Origin: an uncultured Candidatus Saccharibacteria bacterium
GTDB taxonomy: Bacteria; Patescibacteriota; WWE3; UBA101185; UBA10185
NCBI GenBank assembly: GCA_964643995.1
Contig: CAZXUJ010000001.1
Span: forward strand, 209,492 to 273,491
Direction: 5' to 3'
Length of the DNA stretch: 64,000 nt
Part shown: positions 21,935 to 31,562 of the stretch, in pieces
Layout of the letters: the number at the start of each line of letters is the position of its first letter
How positions within the stretch are numbered: position 1 is the stretch's first letter
The notes under the pieces: generated by a model
Told to the model about the DNA's origin: nothing
Databases searched by the model: none
What the model saw: the letters and a program-made list of their open reading frames with translations, nothing else
Program-made: the position numbers and the translations under genes

Positions 21935-23303
21935 TCCTTAACAACGCATCCGAAAAAGAAGCTTTGGAGTCCATACCACTAATTTGCACTAGGCCATTAG
22001 TAACTTTTCCTATAGCAAAGTATGTGAAACCTGCGGACTCAACCTCTTCATGATTTAGCAAATTTCTACCATCGAATAAAACCGGCTGCTTAAGAGCCTT
22101 CTTGGCGTCTGCGAGGTTAAGCTCCTTAAACTCTTTCCACTCAGTAAGTACACAAACACCATCTGCACCATGCATTGCGTCGTAAATATCCTTCGCATAG
22201 TGAATGTTCTTATCTCCGATTTCCTTTTTGGTGTTTTCCATTGCTTGAGGATCGTAAACCCGTACATTTGCACCAAGTCCACGCAAATCCTGAACTATTT
22301 TTATGGCTGCGGATTCACGGATGTCGTCCGTATTTGCCTTGAAAGCCAAACCTAAACAAGCTATCGTCTTATCTGACATGTTTTTGCCGTAATATTTTTT
22401 CATTTTGTCGACAAAATAGTATCTTTGGCGCTCATTAACTTCCATAACTCCTCTCAGAAGTTTAAAGTCATAAGCTTGGTCAGTAGATGTTCTATACAAA
22501 GCCGCTACATCTTTAGGAAAACAACTTCCACCATAACCAATACTTACATTCAAAAAAGCATTTCCTATCCTACGGTCATAACCCATACCACGAGCAACAA
22601 CACTTACATCGGCACCCGCTCTTTCGCATAGTTGGCCTATCTCATTAATAAAAGAGATCTTTGTAGCCAAGATTGCATTGGATGAATACTTAATCATTTC
22701 TGCAGTCCTTAGATCACATTCGACAATAGGAGAAGATAAGTGTTTATATAGGTCACGCAATATACCTAAAGCTTTTGCAGAATTAGAACCAATAACCGTT
22801 CTGTCGGTATTTTGCATGTCTTTCACAGCAGTGCCCTCTGCCAAAAATTCAGGGTTTGAGGCAACATCAAACTGGACATGTTCAGGGGCATGCTCCTTAA
22901 CAATCGTACGGACACGTTCATTAGTACCTACAGGGACAGTACTCTTCGTGACAATAACTTTGTAATCAGTGATATGCTGGCCAATTTCTTTTGCTACCTG
23001 CCAAACATATCTGAGGTCAGCACGACCATCATCACCTTGAGGTGTACCAACACATATGAACACTATTTCAGCCTCTTTGATACCTTTGGCTAAACTAGTT
23101 GTAAAGGAAAGTCGCTGATTCTTGATGTTTCTCATAACTACTTCATCAAGACCTGGCTCATAAATGGGCATCACACCGCTCTCGATCATCTTCACTTTGG
23201 ACTCGTCAATATCAACTCCCACTACATGATTGCCCCATTCAGCCATCATAGCTGCGCCAACTAACCCTACGTAACCTGTACCAATTACACAGATGTTTTT
23301 CAT
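21924..23303 (-). CDS. ugd: UDP-glucose 6-dehydrogenase
   Basis: GTGYVG, KSTVPVGT, NPEFL, GGSCFPKD, TDDIRES. Confidence 0.95.
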   Translation of the reverse strand: MKNICVIGTGYVGLVGAAMMAEWGNHVVGVDIDESKVKMIESGVMPIYEPGLDEVVMRNIKNQRLSFTTSLAKGIKEAEIVFICVGTPQGDDGRADLRYVWQVAKEIGQHITDYKVIVTKSTVPVGTNERVRTIVKEHAPEHVQFDVASNPEFLAEGTAVKDMQNTDRTVIGSNSAKALGILRDLYKHLSSPIVECDLRTAEMIKYSSNAILATKISFINEIGQLCERAGADVSVVARGMGYDRRIGNAFLNVSIGYGGSCFPKDVAALYRTSTDQAYDFKLLRGVMEVNERQRYYFVDKMKKYYGKNMSDKTIACLGLAFKANTDDIRESAAIKIVQDLRGLGANVRVYDPQAMENTKKEIGDKNIHYAKDIYDAMHGADGVCVLTEWKEFKELNLADAKKALKQPVLFDGRNLLNHEEVESAGFTYFAIGKVTNGLVQISGMDSKASFSDALLRNGE

Positions 23304-24049
23304 TTGTATGCTCCTTTCAAGCTATAAATACGTACTTTCAAGACATCTCGGGCCATACGAAGAGAATTTAGAAACAACGCGCGGCCACCGTGTCCAACAT
23401 AATTCCATACAACGGGCAATTCCTTTATTTTATATCCTTTCCTTTTAGCAATGAACAAAACCTCAACATCAAATGCCCCAAAAAAAGCTTGAGTAAGTTC
23501 ACCAGGAGAATCTTTGTAAACTACTAATTTACTAAACACTTCCTTAGCCACTTCTTTTTTAAATAGTTTAAAACCACATTGAGTGTCGTTAATACCGGGT
23601 AACGCTAAAAACTGAATCCAATAATTGAAGATACGCCCCATAAAGTGTCTGTAGAAAGGCTCATTTAACCTAACAGATCCAGTACCCTCGCGAGATCCAA
23701 TCACAATATCGTAACCATGTTCGTTTATCCATACAACCATCTTTTTCAATTCTGTAATAGGGGTAGACAGATCCGCATCGCACATATATATAAGAGCCCC
23801 TGAAGCATTTTTTATACCCGCAGTGACGGCGGCACCTTTTCCTTTATGAATGTTCTCTATCAACGTGACTTCGGAATTTACCTTCGAATAAGACGCAACT
23901 AGGGAAGAAGTTTCATCAACACTACCATCGTCAACAACTATTATTTCGAATGACTTGGAATACTCACGCATAAACCCAAGTATCTTCGTCAAAGTGCTCG
24001 TAATTTTATCTGATTCATTATAAGTTGGAACAACAATAGAATATTCCAT
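23300..24049 (-). CDS. GT2 dolichyl/polyprenyl-phosphate beta-glucosyltransferase-like
   Basis: PTYNE, GKG, DADLS, DTQCGFK, FDVEVL. Confidence 0.9.
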   Translation of the reverse strand: MEYSIVVPTYNESDKITSTLTKILGFMREYSKSFEIIVVDDGSVDETSSLVASYSKVNSEVTLIENIHKGKGAAVTAGIKNASGALIYMCDADLSTPITELKKMVVWINEHGYDIVIGSREGTGSVRLNEPFYRHFMGRIFNYWIQFLALPGINDTQCGFKLFKKEVAKEVFSKLVVYKDSPGELTQAFFGAFDVEVLFIAKRKGYKIKELPVVWNYVGHGGRALFLNSLRMARDVLKVRIYSLKGAYK

Positions 24050-24058
24050 GCTGAAATA

Positions 24059-25234
24059 TTATACACCAACCTTTTCAGGTGGTTTGTCCTTCCAAATAAT
24101 TTTGCTATATACCGTAAAGTTCCATATAAGCCCAACGAATATACCAAAGAAAAAGGCTGCATTGTTAATAATGAAGGTATCGCCAAAACGCTCAATGGAA
24201 TACTTGACCAACCAACTTCTAAAAAGTATTGGGGCATACGAAAACAAGTAGTAAACAATAATACTTACTGCAAGACCAGCGCCTGTTTGCACTTTACGAT
24301 CACTAAAGGTCCACCTATTGTTTAACAGATAGGTAATAAACATAGCAATGAAACCAGATACAAGGCTTGCAAAGCTTCCCACTGGTACTGGCGCAGAATT
24401 GATTTGTACAACGCCGACCACACCAAGAAAAACAACAAGGTTAAAAATAAACGTATCTACAGCAAAGCCAATAGAACCAACGACCAAAAAAATCAAAAAA
24501 CTTTTTGATTGAGCCGCTCTAAGTTTTATAACAAGTAGTAAGGAGTCCAAAAAATTAGACATTTCCATTTTTGAGGAGCCCCTGTCACGTAAACCAAAAG
24601 TTATAGGGATTTCGGTTATTTTAGCCCCCATCAGGTACATTTTGTATAAAAGTTCAATTTTATATGCGAATCCATTAGAGGCTATTGCTCCAAGATCAAT
24701 TTTTTCAAGAAAACCCTTCACCCTAGTAGCTTTGAAACCTGACGTATAGTCATTTATTGTACGAATACCTAACACAATTTTTGCAAAAACACTGCCATAC
24801 TTACTTAAGATTTTTCTGTATAGTGACCATTCGTTGGGGATACTCCCTCCTGCGGTAAATCTCGACCCAATAACATAGTCACTGCCTTTATCGATTTCTG
24901 CAATAAGGCGCAAGACATCGTCCGGACTATGCTGCATGTCGCCATCCATTTCAACCACAACATCAGCATCCATCACGTTCATCGCGTACTTAAATCCAAA
25001 CATATATGCAGCACCGAGACCCTGTTTTTTTTCTTCGAGCAAAAGTTTGATGTTTGAATTCTTTTTTGACTTCTGTTCTACGATCTGCCCTGTACCATCG
25101 GGAGAATTTGCATCAACTACCAAAACAAAAAAGTCATGTTTTAGCATTTTTCTAGAGGCATCAGTAATGCCGTCCAAAACACGTCCAATATTTTCGACCT
25201 CGTTATAAGTTGGTATCGTAACGACAACTTTCAT
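24059..25234 (-). CDS. Polyprenol-phosphate mannosyltransferase (DPM1-like GT2) fused to C-terminal GtrA flippase-like domain
   Basis: IPTYNE, DANSPDGT, MDGD, GSSKM, then 4 TM helices with NNRWTF and WNF. Start ATG at 25234. Confidence 0.85.
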   Translation of the reverse strand: MKVVVTIPTYNEVENIGRVLDGITDASRKMLKHDFFVLVVDANSPDGTGQIVEQKSKKNSNIKLLLEEKKQGLGAAYMFGFKYAMNVMDADVVVEMDGDMQHSPDDVLRLIAEIDKGSDYVIGSRFTAGGSIPNEWSLYRKILSKYGSVFAKIVLGIRTINDYTSGFKATRVKGFLEKIDLGAIASNGFAYKIELLYKMYLMGAKITEIPITFGLRDRGSSKMEMSNFLDSLLLVIKLRAAQSKSFLIFLVVGSIGFAVDTFIFNLVVFLGVVGVVQINSAPVPVGSFASLVSGFIAMFITYLLNNRWTFSDRKVQTGAGLAVSIIVYYLFSYAPILFRSWLVKYSIERFGDTFIINNAAFFFGIFVGLIWNFTVYSKIIWKDKPPEKVGV

Positions 25235-25284
25235 GTCATATAGTTTAGCGCACACTCAGGATATTTCATAACGGGTAAGTTACA

Positions 25285-25536
25285 TTAGAGGTTTAACACA
25301 GTCAAAAGTAAGACGACAGTAAAGGTCGTAAATGACACGTACTCAAGAACAACCAGTCTAGATAATCTGTTTTCAAAATAATGATGTAACAATCCCCAAG
25401 TACAATAAAAGATACTCACAGAAACAACAAAGATGTTTTCGAAATATACATTGTATCTGAACAAAACAAAAAGTAAAAAAAATAATGCGAAGCCTAGAAA
25501 TAAAACTACGTAGTGAGTAATATGATGATCCCGCAT
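25285..25536 (-). CDS. Small 3-TM membrane protein
   Basis: 83-aa ORF abutting the CAP gene; hydrophobic, with WGLLHH...EY. Confidence 0.6.
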   Translation of the reverse strand: MRDHHITHYVVLFLGFALFFLLFVLFRYNVYFENIFVVSVSIFYCTWGLLHHYFENRLSRLVVLEYVSFTTFTVVLLLTVLNL

Positions 25537-26507
25537 TATAGTATCCTTCCAGGGCTAAGAAATATCCAAACACTACCCAAAACAAAAATTAAGAATCCCA
25601 AGTGTGCAAGTGTATGGCCAGTTATTCTTGGTAAAGACTTCTTTTTGGAATACCAAACATCGAGAAGTAACAATGTTCCAATAAAAACGATAAAGGATAA
25701 AAGTATTACATGGGATAACTTTGTCATATCGATAAATATCGAAGGCTTGTAAGACAGTGTGGTGGAGCTTAACACAGTATTTGATGGATTAGGCGAAGTT
25801 TCCTCTAAATTCAAGGGTAAAATCTGAGAATCAGTGGCCTTAGAATCGGTGAGATCTGTTGCCGGAACACCTTGAAAAGCTTCATCGTTGTAGGCAGTAT
25901 TTGACTGAACAGCAGCACGAGATTTACCAAACATTTGGACGACTAATGTTGTGTCGTAACCCTCAAGATTACCATTCACAACTGCAAAACCAATTTCCTC
26001 ATAATTTGGATTCAATAAATTTTCCCTATGCGAGGGCGAGTTATACCAGGCAACAACTACTTCTTCGGAACCATTAAAGTTTTTGGCTAGATTTTCGCCT
26101 GCATACGAGTAATCGTAACCCTCCTTCAGAATAAAATCCCATGGCTCCTTTCCTGATGGTGAGACATGTGCCCAGTAGTCCTCCTCAAACATACTTTGAG
26201 CCTTATTATATGCAGCCTGAGATAAAGCACTATTGATTTTCAGAGCACCCAAACCATTTTGGGAGCGGATGTTGTTTGTCTCAGAAAGCAATTCATCAGT
26301 ATGTATATCAGAAGCGTAACCCAACACACCTGGCATAAGAACGGGAATAATTCGCACTAATGAAAAAACTAGCAATAATATTACAGAGTAGAATAGAAAA
26401 GCATGGTGAGACAACAAATAGGTACGAGTTTTACGCGTCGGGTGAGGCAAAAAATGATAAATAAATTGATATTTTTCAGCTGGATTATTGTACGGCAGGA
26501 CATGCAT
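25536..26507 (-). CDS. CAP (SCP/PR-1) domain membrane-anchored protein
   Basis: YWAHVSP, AGENLA, WYNSPSHRENLL, VVQMFG; TM helices at both ends. Start uncertain (ATG 26507 follows TG-TATAAT). Confidence 0.85.
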   Translation of the reverse strand: MHVLPYNNPAEKYQFIYHFLPHPTRKTRTYLLSHHAFLFYSVILLLVFSLVRIIPVLMPGVLGYASDIHTDELLSETNNIRSQNGLGALKINSALSQAAYNKAQSMFEEDYWAHVSPSGKEPWDFILKEGYDYSYAGENLAKNFNGSEEVVVAWYNSPSHRENLLNPNYEEIGFAVVNGNLEGYDTTLVVQMFGKSRAAVQSNTAYNDEAFQGVPATDLTDSKATDSQILPLNLEETSPNPSNTVLSSTTLSYKPSIFIDMTKLSHVILLSFIVFIGTLLLLDVWYSKKKSLPRITGHTLAHLGFLIFVLGSVWIFLSPGRIL

Positions 26508-26542
26508 CTTAATGATTATAACATTCATAATTGCAATTTCAT

Positions 26543-26573
26543 TTGACAATTATCACTATTCATACAGTATACT
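26543..26573 (+). promoter_or_regulatory. Sigma70-like promoter for the speD-like/EamA operon
   Basis: TTGACA (26543-48), 19-bp spacer, TATACT (26568-73). Confidence 0.5.
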
Positions 26574-26601
26574 TATCACTAAAGCATCTACAAATGCGGT
26601 T

Positions 26602-27021
26602 ATGAACATGACTAATAATCTTACAGAAGTAAAATTTGGCGACCATCTAGTATTTGATGCCTACGGCTGCCCTTTTGAGACGTTAAATAGTCGTGAAACC
26701 TGCCTTGAAATCCTAGAAAACATAGTGAGACTTGCAAACATGCATAAGCTGATCGAACCATATATCATTGAGGCTACCTCAAATGAGGTATTAGGCGGTA
26801 AAGATCCAGGAGGATTTAGTGGGTTTGTCCTTATTCAAGAGTCGCATGTTAGTGTACACACCTTTGCGAAAAGAGGCTTTGTAACACTAGATGTATACTC
26901 ATGCAAAGATTTTGAAACTAATGAAATAGTGAAATACCTTCTCAAGGCTTTTCAACCTAAGGATTATAACATTTTGAACTTCGAAAGAGGTATGAAATAC
27001 CCTGTCGACAACATTTACTAA
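26602..27021 (+). CDS. speD: Pyruvoyl-dependent S-adenosylmethionine decarboxylase (SpeD/SpeH) family proenzyme
   Basis: GDHLVFDAYGC, self-cleavage site E|SHVSVHT, DVYSC. Start at ATG 26602 or 26608. Confidence 0.85.
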   Translation: MNMTNNLTEVKFGDHLVFDAYGCPFETLNSRETCLEILENIVRLANMHKLIEPYIIEATSNEVLGGKDPGGFSGFVLIQESHVSVHTFAKRGFVTLDVYSCKDFETNEIVKYLLKAFQPKDYNILNFERGMKYPVDNIY

Positions 27022-27024
27022 AAC

Positions 27025-27957
27025 ATGCAGTCTTGTATTCTATTAGTTTCAATTTCTGCCCTAATGTCAGCATTAGTGAACCATACTGACAAATATCTGA
27101 TCGAAAAGTACTTGTCTGGGCGCGGGATTGGTTCACTGATGATATTCTCCACAATTGCTGGAATTCCATTCGCAGTTCTAATAGCGCTAGTAACACCAGA
27201 ATTGTTCACACTTTCAATAGCACACATTCTATTAATTATTCTGAACGGATTTCTAGTTGGTTTAGCGCTCATACCATATCTCTATGCACTTGAATCTTCC
27301 GAAGCATCTATTGTTGCCCCATTGTTCCAACTGTCATCAATATTCGCGCTGATACTTGGCTTCACAGTTTTAGGTGAAACACTAGAACTAAGACAAATCG
27401 TTGGCGGATGCATAATATTACTCAGTGCCGTTGGGTTAACTCTAAAACTTCCGGAAAAGACCGAGATGAAAAAGGTAAAACTTCATATTAAACCATTTGT
27501 ATTAATGCTTACTTCCTCTTTCATCTTTGCACTTAACCTTACCATCTTTAAAGTAGTGGCAATTGAGAGCAGTTTCCTTGTTACAAGTTTTTGGGAAGCC
27601 GTAGGACTCTCACTCTTAAGTATCACTTTGGTGATCTCTATTGCCACTTATCGTAAAGAGTTTATCAGAGTGCTGAAAACTAACCGAAGAACTATGATTG
27701 GCGTAAACATCTTTAACGAATTAATTAATTATGTGGGCAGATTCGCTTTGAATTATGCAGCCTTACTCGCAAGTATTGGGATGGTTTCTTTTGTTGTGGA
27801 AGGTATTCAACCAGTCTTTGTACTCGTAACGGGAATAGTACTTACATTGTTTTTTCCAAGACTAGCTAGAGAAGATATTTCAACAAAAGCATTAGCTCAA
27901 AAAATTTCGTTTATTGGTGGCATTATTATAGGTACCTACTTTATTTCTAAACCCTGA
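27025..27957 (+). CDS. EamA/DMT-family transporter
   Basis: About 10 TM helices; ASIVAPL...LGETL repeat signature. Confidence 0.85.
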   Translation: MQSCILLVSISALMSALVNHTDKYLIEKYLSGRGIGSLMIFSTIAGIPFAVLIALVTPELFTLSIAHILLIILNGFLVGLALIPYLYALESSEASIVAPLFQLSSIFALILGFTVLGETLELRQIVGGCIILLSAVGLTLKLPEKTEMKKVKLHIKPFVLMLTSSFIFALNLTIFKVVAIESSFLVTSFWEAVGLSLLSITLVISIATYRKEFIRVLKTNRRTMIGVNIFNELINYVGRFALNYAALLASIGMVSFVVEGIQPVFVLVTGIVLTLFFPRLAREDISTKALAQKISFIGGIIIGTYFISKP

Positions 27958-28232
27958 AGAATAGAGGGTAATTCGTCTCTTGAAAAAGGCAAGTGCTCCT
28001 TGGACATTACCTCCATACTTAAACTAACCGAGGCATCCCCAAATATTTTCTTATATATGGTCACTACAGAACCTAACACTTCTCGGGGGTCACCTGTGAT
28101 ATGAATATTATCGATGTTATCTGACATACTTAACCCCAATGCCTGTTTCGCCAGGACAACTGCAAGTGGTCCTATAACCTGCTGTTGAGCAGAAACAATT
28201 TTATTAATTGCTAGATTATACTTTTCGTTCAT
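27936..28232 (-). CDS. Small soluble hypothetical protein (CPR-type)
   Basis: 98-aa ORF starting 2 bp after the multi-TM gene; Q..VIGPLA and Y..IFG.AS motifs. Confidence 0.65.
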   Translation of the reverse strand: MNEKYNLAINKIVSAQQQVIGPLAVVLAKQALGLSMSDNIDNIHITGDPREVLGSVVTIYKKIFGDASVSLSMEVMSKEHLPFSRDELPSILQGLEIK

Positions 28233-28234
28233 TC

Positions 28235-29065
28235 TTACTTTGCATCATTGATATCGATAAGCGATAAGAATGCAGTTTCAATGTCTACCATCGCGATAAA
28301 AAGCGTGAAGTATGAAATCAGATACATGAAGTCATTCACACCTCCAGCTGTCCAAGTATCACGATTAAATTGATATAAAAACGTAAAGTCGCTTATATAT
28401 TGAAAGAGCAGTGCTACGAGAAGCAACCATACACGCTTCTTCATTACGCCACCAAGCATTTTTCTTGATAATAATGCTACTATCAACGCCATTGAAACAT
28501 AAACCGCCTGACCCAACGGGTAGCCAAAATCCAAAAATACAACTAACAGTGGAACTTCAGAAAAATCGTAACCATTGAGAAAAAACTGATAAGACACGAT
28601 TAGGAGAAGAGTTACAACTAAAACCGACAATAGTACATAGATTTTGGAACGTAAAACATATTTCACCCCAGATGCCAGAGCTAAATACCAAACACCTAAG
28701 ATATAAAGTGGGATACTCCCGAAAAATCCGATATCGCCAATAGAAGGATACGGGGCACTTATTCCAAACACCAAATAATAAATGGAGTAAACTGCTTGAC
28801 CGAACCCCTGTGCAAGTAACCCAAGTGACAGAAAGATTATGGCTTTGCCAAAAACACTCGAGAAGTAGCCCCACCTTTTAGACATATACAAACCATAAAC
28901 GCCTGCAAACAAAGTAACCATACCATATGTATCAGCATAAAGTTCAAGTAAATACGCGGAATGAGAATATTGAACAATAAACCATGAGAAAAGAAAGAAG
29001 GAAAATACTAAGCTCACTAGAATTAAGTAAGGGTTTCTATTTATGGTCGAAGCTATGTTTTTCAT
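28235..29065 (-). CDS. Stand-alone multi-TM (7-8 TM) membrane sensor-like protein
   Basis: Hydrophobic helices with APYPSIGD, DFGYP and SD motifs typical of N-terminal membrane sensor domains; no catalytic domain. Confidence 0.6.
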   Translation of the reverse strand: MKNIASTINRNPYLILVSLVFSFFLFSWFIVQYSHSAYLLELYADTYGMVTLFAGVYGLYMSKRWGYFSSVFGKAIIFLSLGLLAQGFGQAVYSIYYLVFGISAPYPSIGDIGFFGSIPLYILGVWYLALASGVKYVLRSKIYVLLSVLVVTLLLIVSYQFFLNGYDFSEVPLLVVFLDFGYPLGQAVYVSMALIVALLSRKMLGGVMKKRVWLLLVALLFQYISDFTFLYQFNRDTWTAGGVNDFMYLISYFTLFIAMVDIETAFLSLIDINDAK

Positions 29066-29133
29066 TCTAGGCTCAATTGAGTATAATCAAGTATGTTTAA
29101 ATTATAGCAAAAGTTTTTCAAAATGATAACGTC

Positions 29134-30027
29134 ATGTACTTTAAGAAACTAAATATAGATGACCTTAATGAGATAGCTGCCTTTACTAATCAATTTGCAC
29201 CCTACTCAGACTTCAACCCAACCTCACTATGGATATGGAATACAAACGAAAAAGCGGAATATCGGCTACAAAATAACGTGTTAGTGATAAGAATCCCAGA
29301 CTACCTAAATCCAGATGAACATGTTATTAGTCTACTTGGAAAAGAAAATGTGGATAAAGTACTGATCGAAATTATTGAAGAATGGCCAAATCTGCAAGCA
29401 AATCATTTATCTATGGTGCCACACACGACTGTAGAGGCTATTGACCCACAGATTAGAAAAGAATTACAAATAGAAGAGGATGAAAACAATCACGATTATA
29501 TATACGAACTTGAAAACCTGATAAATCCAACAGGAAATAAACTGAAAAGCGTAAGAAGAAAATTAAACAAATTCGCTGTTCATAACTCAAGTATTTCGGT
29601 TAGAGAACTAGATATAGGTATTAAAGAAAATCAAGAAATTATTTTAAACATGTTCGACGAGTGGGTTAAGGTAACTGAAAAAGGTGACGACACAATAGAG
29701 AATGATAAACAATCTCTGAAAAGGACTCTAGAGTATTCTAAAATGTTTGACTTGATAACTATTGGAGTGTTTGTTAACGAAAGGATGATTGGGTTCACAA
29801 TCAGTGAACTGCTTCCAAACAACTATGTGATCGGACACAAAGGCGCATACAATTATATGTATGATGGAATCAATCAATTTCTTGAGCAACAAACCGCACT
29901 GCATGCATCACAACGAGGCAAAAAATTTCTTAATCTGGAGCAGGACCTAGGAATAGAATCTTTGAGGGCTTCTAAAAGACTTCTAAGACACGTACACTAT
30001 TTAAAGAAATATATAATTAGGTTTTAG
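29134..30027 (+). CDS. DUF2156 / aminoacyl-phosphatidylglycerol synthase C-terminal-like (GNAT/Fem fold) protein
   Basis: SDFNPTSLWIW, DYIY..L..TGNKL, NLEQDLGIESLRASK. Confidence 0.75.
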   Translation: MYFKKLNIDDLNEIAAFTNQFAPYSDFNPTSLWIWNTNEKAEYRLQNNVLVIRIPDYLNPDEHVISLLGKENVDKVLIEIIEEWPNLQANHLSMVPHTTVEAIDPQIRKELQIEEDENNHDYIYELENLINPTGNKLKSVRRKLNKFAVHNSSISVRELDIGIKENQEIILNMFDEWVKVTEKGDDTIENDKQSLKRTLEYSKMFDLITIGVFVNERMIGFTISELLPNNYVIGHKGAYNYMYDGINQFLEQQTALHASQRGKKFLNLEQDLGIESLRASKRLLRHVHYLKKYIIRF

Positions 30028-30032
30028 GAGAA

Positions 30033-31214
30033 ATGTCAGATACACCTGCCGTCCAAATTAACCCGCAAGATATAGAACTAACGCAAGAGCTTTACAAGCG
30101 CAATTTGGAATTGTTCAAAGAAAGACGCCGCTTCGAGGAATTACTATATAGGATTTCAGAGGGAATATATGCCACCGATGAAAACTATAACATTACGATT
30201 TTTAACCATACTCTAGAAATAATGACCGGGGTAAAAGCTCAGGACGCTATCGGGAAAAACGTTGCCAGCCTAATTCAGCTTACTGAGGACGATGGCACAC
30301 CTATAGATATAATAAAATATACAGATCCGAGCCAAAATCAAGACACAGTTACAAAATACGCAGTCCTAAAAAACGGAAATAAAACCTATTACGTACATAT
30401 AAAAGCCTCACTAATTGAAACAAAAACGGAAGGAAGGGAGTTTCTAGTAACCATTAGTGACGTAACACAAGAAAAAGAACTGGAAAAAGAAAAGGATGAA
30501 TTTATATCTATCACATCACACGAACTTAAAACTCCAATATCCATAATTAAGAGCTACCTATGGATGCTAGAGTCCGGTAGAGGTGGATCAATGACCGAAA
30601 AACAAATGTTGTATATAAGCAAGGCATCAAAAGGCACTGATAGGATGATTAATCTTATTAATGACATGCTTAAAGTCTCAAGAATGGAACAAGGTCGCCT
30701 TGAATTCTCTTATGAACAAATTGATATCAAAAAAACAATAGAAGACACTACAGATGAATTTAAATTGATACTTGATCAAAAGCACCTTGAACTCAAGATG
30801 GAACTACAGGAAACAAAGGGAGTATACACTGACAAGGCCAAAATAATAGAAATTCTTATGAACTTGATTAGTAATGCTACAAAATACACTGATGAGGGAT
30901 TTATACAGATTAAACTTGAACCATACAATAACGACTTCGCTAAGATTAGCGTCAAAGATACTGGGCGTGGAATATCAGAAGAAGAAACTAAAAAACTTTT
31001 CCAAAAATTTCAGCGACTTGATAACTCTTATGAAACTATGGCAAAAGCAGGAGGTACTGGATTGGGACTTTATATCACCAAAATGTATATGAATAATCTT
31101 GGAGGAAGCATCGGTGTTGAATCAGAAGGACTCGGAAAAGGTAGTACTTTCTGGATCTTATTGCCTTTTAATCAAGAAACCATCAAAAAAGGCGGGCCAG
31201 AAGCCCGCCTTTAG
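30033..31214 (+). CDS. Cytoplasmic PAS-domain sensor histidine kinase
   Basis: PAS domain; H-box SHELKTP; N-box NLISNATKY; G1 DTGRGI; G2 GGTGLGL; no TM helix. Confidence 0.95.
   Translation: MSDTPAVQINPQDIELTQELYKRNLELFKERRRFEELLYRISEGIYATDENYNITIFNHTLEIMTGVKAQDAIGKNVASLIQLTEDDGTPIDIIKYTDPSQNQDTVTKYAVLKNGNKTYYVHIKASLIETKTEGREFLVTISDVTQEKELEKEKDEFISITSHELKTPISIIKSYLWMLESGRGGSMTEKQMLYISKASKGTDRMINLINDMLKVSRMEQGRLEFSYEQIDIKKTIEDTTDEFKLILDQKHLELKMELQETKGVYTDKAKIIEILMNLISNATKYTDEGFIQIKLEPYNNDFAKISVKDTGRGISEEETKKLFQKFQRLDNSYETMAKAGGTGLGLYITKMYMNNLGGSIGVESEGLGKGSTFWILLPFNQETIKKGGPEARL
31185..31212. terminator. Intrinsic terminator for hup, probably bidirectional
   Basis: A6-GGCGGGC-cagaa-GCCCGCC-TTT, overlapping the last codons of the kinase. 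Confidence 0.8.
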
Positions 31215-31232
31215 AAAAGCTTTCAGATATTA

Positions 31233-31505
31233 CTATCTGACAGCATCCTTCAAACCTTTTCCAGATTTGAAAGCAGGTGTTCTGGTCTCAGGAATTCTAA
31301 GAGGAGCACCAGTCTGAGGATTTCTTCCCATTCTTGCGGCTCTTGTTCTTACTTCGAATGTACCAAATCCTGTTAAGGTGACTTTTTCACCTCTTGCTAA
31401 GGCATCAGATACTATTGCATAAAATGCATCTAATACCTTTGCTGCATCTACCTTTGTTAAACCAGCTCTATCAGCTAAAGCGTTTATTACGTGTTGTTTT
31501 GTCAT
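31233..31505 (-). CDS. hup: DNA-binding protein HU
   Basis: GFGTF...RAARMGRNPQTG...PAFK. Confidence 0.97.
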   Translation of the reverse strand: MTKQHVINALADRAGLTKVDAAKVLDAFYAIVSDALARGEKVTLTGFGTFEVRTRAARMGRNPQTGAPLRIPETRTPAFKSGKGLKDAVR

Positions 31506-31562
31506 TTTTAAGCACCCCCTTTCAATCTAAAACTGCCTGCGGACTTAGTTAAACTATACAAA

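Noticed and set aside
26574-26607. SAM or polyamine riboswitch before speD
   Set aside because: The leader is only about 25 nt with a 4-bp hairpin; no recognisable aptamer.
11337-30027. Split MprF (stand-alone LPG-synthase TM gene plus stand-alone DUF2156)
   Set aside because: The genes are about 17 kb apart in different operons, and stand-alone YbhN-type proteins are common in glycan loci; nothing links them.
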